Shown piece after piece: positions 58,801 through 64,000 of a stretch of DNA of 64,000 nucleotides; positions within the stretch are counted from its first letter, which is position 1, and every line of letters starts with the position of its first letter. The position numbers and the translations under genes are program-made. The notes under the pieces were generated by a model. That model did not search any database. It worked only from the letters and a program-made list of their open reading frames with translations, and was not told the origin of the DNA. Location: positions 310,001 through 374,000 of the forward strand of contig CM026547.1 in the NCBI GenBank assembly GCA_014905635.1. Reading direction: 5' to 3'. The stretch comes from Scenedesmus sp. PABB004. Taxonomy: Eukaryota.

Positions 58801-60860
58801 CGTCGCTCTCGCTGGAGCACGCCGGCCCGCCGCCGCTCGGCGGGGGGCGCGGCGTGCCTCAGCTCGACGTCATGTGGCTGCCGCCGGGGCTGACCAGCCT
58901 CAAGCTGCGCGGGCTCGCGCTCGCGTGCCACTGCCAGCGCGCGTTTGGCGACGACGCGGCCGCCGCGTACGCGGGCCTCCTGCTCGCGCGCCGCGCCGCC
59001 AACGCGCCCGCCGCGTGGGCGGCGGCCGGCGCGGCCGCCGCGGCCGCCACGACGTGCGGCCGGGACATCAAGGGCAAGGCGCCCGCGCGCGCGGCGGCGC
59101 GCCGCCGCCGCCGCCGCGGGCGCTGCGGCCGCCGCCCACGCCGCCGGTGCTGCTGCCGGGCCTCACCGAGCTCGCCGTCAGCGACTGCTCGGGCGTGCTG
59201 GCCGCCGTGATCGGCTGCTTCGCGCACAGCACGGGCCTGCAGGCGCTCGAGCTCGGCGTGCGCTGCGAGGCGCCGGTGCTGCCGCTGCCCGCGGTCGCCT
59301 GGATGTGGCCGCGCCTCACGTCGGCGCACTTTGGGGACCTGGGATATAGCGGCACGCGCGGCGCCGGCGCCGCCGGCGCCGCCGGCGCGCGGGCGGCCGG
59401 GCCGGGGCCGGGGCCCGCCGGCGGCGCGCCGCACGGCCTCGCGCTGCCCGACCTGCTGGACGCCGCGGTCTCGCCCGAGCTCGCGGCGGCGTGGCTCTGG
59501 GGCGCGGCGGCGTGCCCCGCCGGCGGCGCCGGCGCGGCGGGCGCGGGCGCGAGCAGCAGCGCGAGCGTCGCCGCGCGGCTGTGCGCCGAGGTCGCGGCGC
59601 GGCCGCGCGGCGCGGCGCCGGGCGGCGGCGGCTTCTCCTGGGCCGACCCGGCCGGCCTCGCGCAGCTCGCGGCGGGCCTGCCCAACCTGTGCAGCCTGCG
59701 GCTGCTGCTGCCGCACGCCACGGGCCCCGCGCTCGGCGGCGGCGGCGGCCGCTTCGGCGGCGCCGACCTGCTGGGGCTGTCTGCGGCGTCGCGGCTGCGC
59801 GAGCTCACGGTGGACCTCCCCGCCCAGGCCGGCTTCAAAGCCGCCGCGGCGGGCATCCGCGCGCTCACGCGCCTGCAGCAGCTGTGCCTGCTGGACGTGC
59901 GCTGCACGGTGGACCGCCCCGTGCCGCCCGCCGCGGCGTCTGCGGCTGCGGCCGCGGCGGCGGGCGGGGGCGAGCCCGCGGCCGCGCCCGCCGTGGCGCC
60001 GCCAGCCGTCGGCGGCGGCGGGCGCGGGCGCGGCGCGGCCGCCGCCGAGGTGCTCGCCGGCTGGGCGCTCGGCGGTGGGCGGGGCCGCGGCCGTGGTCGC
60101 GGGCGTGGCCGCGGCGCCGCGGCGGCCGTGCTGCTCGCCGGCGCGGGCCTGGGCGGCCCGGGCGGCGACGACGACGAGGCGCTGTTCGACCTGCTCGCTC
60201 ACATGGCCGCGGCCGTCGACGGCCCGCCCGGCGGCCTGGCGGGCGGCCTGCCCGGCCTGGGCGGCCCGGGCGCGCTGTTCGGCGGCGGCCCCCCGCCGTG
60301 GGGCGGCCCGCTGCCGTGGGGCGGCCCCGGCGGCGGGCGCGGCGGCGGACGCGGCCTGCCGCCGGGGCTGCCGCCGGGCGGCCTCGCCGCGATGCTCGGC
60401 CTGCCAGGCGGCGGCGGCGGCGGCGCGGCGCCCGCGCCTGCGCCCGCGCCCGCGCCCGCACCGGCGGGCGAGGCCGGGGCTGCTGGCGCGGGTGGCGGCG
60501 GCGCCCCGGCGGCGCCCCGCGGCGGCCCCTGGCGGCGGGCTGCTGCTGCCGTTCAACGACGACGACTTTTTCGGCGCGAGCGAGACCGACGACGACGACG
60601 AGGCGCTCGCCGGCCTGCCGCACGCGCTCGGCGGCGACGGCGGCGGCGGCGGCGGCGCGGGTGGCGTCGCGGGCGGCGCCGCGGGCGGCGTCGCGGGCGG
60701 CGTCGCGGGCGGCGGCGACGCGGGCGGCCAGCCCGCGGTCGTCGCGTTTGTGCGCGCCGGCAAGCGCCTGCGGCGGCGGCACCGCCCGAGCGAGCTGCTC
60801 GCGGCGATGCGGGAGGAGATGCCGGGCACGAGCGTCTTCCTGGCCATCTCGCGCGCATGA
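54329..60860 (+). CDS. Large F-box-like / RNI-type LRR protein with long low-complexity inserts (two apparent frame changes)
   Basis: N-terminal F-box-like PFAELVAPLIK|VLREQL...AAARVSKTW. LRR-like LPALRSLTF, CPRLLSLTL, LRSLRLTGL, LRGLTRLSF, LPPGLTSLKL, LPNLCSLRL and LTRLQQLCLL are spread over two frames, and the C-terminus lies in a third. Frame switches occur near 59100 and 60520. Confidence 0.55.
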
Positions 60861-61284
60861 CCAGCAGCAGCATGGGGCGCCGCGCCGCGCGGCAGGACTG
60901 TGGACGTGAGAGCAGGATGATAGAGCAGCGGGGACCAGGGACGGGTTAGCAGCCCCGCGGCGTTGCGCGTCGACTGGGAGTCTGGGGTGTGCCGGCTGAC
61001 GTGGACTTGAGGCCGCGGCACCGCGCCGCCCGCGAGCGCCGGCACCGCCAGCACAGCGCAGCGCAGCGCAGCGCAGCCGCGCGGCCGACCACACCGCGAC
61101 CGCGGCCCCTGCCGCCAGCCTCGACAGGGTTTGTTGTTACGAGATGGCCGCCGCCGCCCACCAACTGCCCCTCCCTTCTCCCAGCCCGCCTGCCCCCGCC
61201 GCGCCCGCCCAACTCGGCCCGCGACGCCGCGCCGCCCGCGGCGCGGCGCCCGCAGCCGCCCCGCGCGCGCGCGCGCGCGCGCGC

Positions 61285-61980
61285 TCACGCGACCGGCACC
61301 GCGAGCGGCTGCTGCTGCGCGCGCGCGCCGCGGCGCTGGTCGGGCGCGCCCGCGCCCGCGTCGCCGCCGCGCTGCTGGCCGGCGGTGGGGCCGACCACAA
61401 ACTCACGCGGGTTGATCGTGACCGTCTTGGTCGCGTTGTCGGTCTTGTAGATGCCCACCAGGCGGTCCGCGAGCTCAAACATGTTGTTGCGCAGGCTGAT
61501 GATCACAAACTGCGCGTCCTTGGTGCGCTCCTTGATGTAGTGCCCAACTGCGGCGGCGGCGGCGGCGGCGGCGGCGCGGCGGGTGCCGTCGCCCCCCGGC
61601 CGCCGGCGCGCGTGCTGTGCGCCTGGGCCCCCAAGGCGCGCGCCCAGCGTCGCGCCGCGCGCCCCCGCGCCGCCCCCCCCCCCCCTGCCCCCCAAAAAAA
61701 CGCCCGCATCCGCGGGCGCACCGATGGAGACGTTTTTGAAGTCGAGCGCGGCGTCAATCTCGTCCATCACGTAGAGCGGCGTGGGCTTGTAGTGGTGCAG
61801 CGCAAACACGAGGCTCAGGCTGCTCAGCGTCTTCTCGCCGCCGCTGAGGTTGGCGATGTGCTTCCACGACTTTTTGGGCGGCCGCACGCTGAACACGATG
61901 CCCTGCGCGTGCGGGCGTGTGGGCGTGCGCATGGGGGCGTGTGAGGGTGCGAGGGTGTGAGGGGGGAGGGGCAGAGCGAG

Positions 61981-62041
<61 letters not shown>

Positions 62042-64000
62042 GGCAGCGCAGCGCAGCGCATGCGCATGCGCGCTTTTGCGCGGCCACAGCGCTGTGCCGC
62101 GGGCGGCGCACCTCGCTGAAGGGGTCCAGCGTGTCCACCAGCTCCAGCTCCGCGTCGCCGCCGAGCGTGATCATCTGCGCCGCGCGACGCGCAGCGGGGC
62201 GGCGGTCAGCCCGCGCGCTGTGCCTGCGCTGCGTGCGCGCGCGAGCGACGCGCCCCGCGCTGGCGGCGGCGGCGGCGCGCGGGCGGCCGCCGGGCGCCCC
62301 GCCGCGCGCGCCGCGCCGCCGTGCTCAGCCGTGCGCGCGCCTGGTACATCTCCTTGAGCTTGAGGCTGATGGCGTTGAACCCCGCCATGAAGCCGTCCAG
62401 CCGCGCCTTGCGCAGCGCGTCGTACCGCGACCGCACCTGGCCGCGGCGGGCCGCGGGCGAGGCGGGCGTTAGGTGTTAAAGTGCGAGGCGGGCGTGAGGT
62501 GGAGGCGGCGGCGGCGCAATGCGTGCACGCGGGCGGGCGGGCGGCCGCACCTCGTCGCGCTCCTTGGTCGCCGCCGCGTACTCCGCCTGGCGCGCGGCAA
62601 AGTCGGCCTCCTTCTCCCTGCGGCGGGCGGGCGGGCGGCGCGCGCGCGCGCGCGGCGGCGCGCGGCGGGGCCGCTTGCTCCCTCGCGACCGCGCGCGCGC
62701 GCGCCCCGGCGCCGCCGCCGCCGCGCGGCCGCGGCCGCGTGGCTCTCCCTTGCGCGCTCGCGCCGGCGCACCGGTACGCAGCGATGGCGGAGAGGTCTGG
62801 CGCCATGACGCGCAGCTCCTCCTCCAGCACCGTGACGCGGAAGAACGCCTCGGCCGAGTCCCCGGTCAGCGCCTCGGCCGGCACGGCGTACTCCTCGCCT
62901 GCGCCCGGGCGCAGCGCGGGCGGGGGGCGAGCGCGAGGGCTGAGCTGCGTCGAGCCCCCGGCCGCGCCCGCCAGCGCCGCCGCCACCCACAGCGCCGCAG
63001 CGCCGCCGCCGCCCCCAGCGCCGCAGCGCCGCAGCGCCGCCGCGCCGGCGCGCACCCGGGATGTACTTTTGCAGCTCGGCCGCGTCGGCGGCGAGCGCGC
63101 GCGCGAGGTCGCGCGCGCTCTTGGCGAGGTCCTTGTTGGCCGCCTTGACCTTGTCCAGCGCGGCCTCCAGCTCCACCTCCACGCCGCGCACGATCGACAC
63201 CTGCGCGCGCGGTGCGGCGCGGCGCGGCGCGGACGCGAGTGTGTGGGCGGGCAGGCGGCGGCGCGCGTGGAGGGCCGGCGGCGGCGCGCGTGGACGGCCG
63301 GCGGCGGCGCGGCGCTGCGTGGCCGCACCTCCTTCTGCTTGGTGTCGCGCTTCGCCGCCGCCTCGGCGAGCACCGCGGCCTGCGCCGCCTGCGCGCCCGC
63401 GAGCTCCTCCTGGCGCGCCACGACGCCGCCCGCCTCGGCGGTGAGCGCGTCGAGCGCCTCCATGGCGGCGCTGATGTCGCGGCCCAGCTTCTCGACCTCG
63501 CCCGCTGCGTACACGGGCGCAATGCGCGGGGCGAGGCGGCGCGCGTCAGGCCCGCGTGTTTCTGGCCCGTGTGTTTCAGCCGCCGCGGGCAGAAACGAGC
63601 CCGCGGGGCCAACACGCTCGCGGCGCGCGCGCCGCACCCGACTTGGCGATGTCCTTGCGCAGCTTGTCCAGCTGCTTGCTCGCCGCCTTGAGCTGCACGG
63701 CCTTCTTGGTCGCGCCCGCGGCCGCCTCAGCCCGCTTGGCCTGCAGCGACGCGACCTTCTCGCGCAGCCGCCGCAGCGGCTCGCCGCCGGCGTTGTCAAT
63801 CTTGTCCTGCGGCGGCGCGGCGCGGCGCGTGGGCGCGGCGCGGCGGCACGGCGTGGTGAGCCGCATTCGCGAGGGCCCGCGCAGTGTCGCTGCGCACCGC
63901 GTGCCCCTGCGCCATCCACGCGCGCGCGCGCGCGCGCGCGCGCGCGCACGTGCGCACGCGGGCCAGCCCCCGGCGCACCTGCAGCGCTGCCACCTTCTTC
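61285..64000 (-). CDS. SMC4: Condensin subunit SMC4, 3' portion (continues beyond window); multi-exon
   Basis: LKEMYQ|MITLGGDAELELVDTLDPFSE|GIVFSVRPPKKSWKHIANLSGGEKTLSSLSLVFALHHYKPTPLYVMDEIDAALDFKNVSI and AQFVIISLRNNMFELADRLVGIYKT. Confidence 0.97.
61984..62037 (+). repeat. Intronic (GA)n microsatellite ((CT)n on the transcribed strand)
   Basis: A pure GA run in an SMC4 intron. Confidence 0.97.

Overview
This window is nuclear DNA from an extremely GC-rich, intron-rich green alga (chlorophyte). A Sphaeropleales-like origin is my inference from GC content, intron style and TGTAA-type poly(A) signals. Most long ORFs in the six-frame track are GC-shadow artefacts. Joining exons by hand gives about 19 compactly packed protein-coding genes. 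In order: C2-domain class-3 lipase (HIL1-like); a Su(z)12/EMF2-like PRC2 subunit apparently fused to a C-terminal SPOC domain; chloroplast ferredoxin; dihydropyrimidinase; RMND1/Rmd1 (DUF155) protein; RNase J; dephospho-CoA kinase; PP4R1-like HEAT protein; an intron-containing histone H3; Wali7/DUF3700 protein; UFL1; TadA; a half-fimbrin (ABD2 only); GFAT; a secreted bacterial-like GH-A-type protein; a secreted Cys-rich jacalin-like protein; U2A'; a large F-box/LRR-like protein; and the 3' part of SMC4. The most notable observations are the VEFS-box+SPOC fusion, a very high frequency of GC-AG introns with GTGCGC/GCGCGC-like donors, two bacterial-looking genes that carry introns, a single-ABD fimbrin and a 111-bp UFL1-TadA gap that could be bicistronic. 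No rRNA, tRNA, CRISPR array or transposase was recognised. CDS coordinates are gene spans including introns. All family calls rest on motif recognition, not on database searches.
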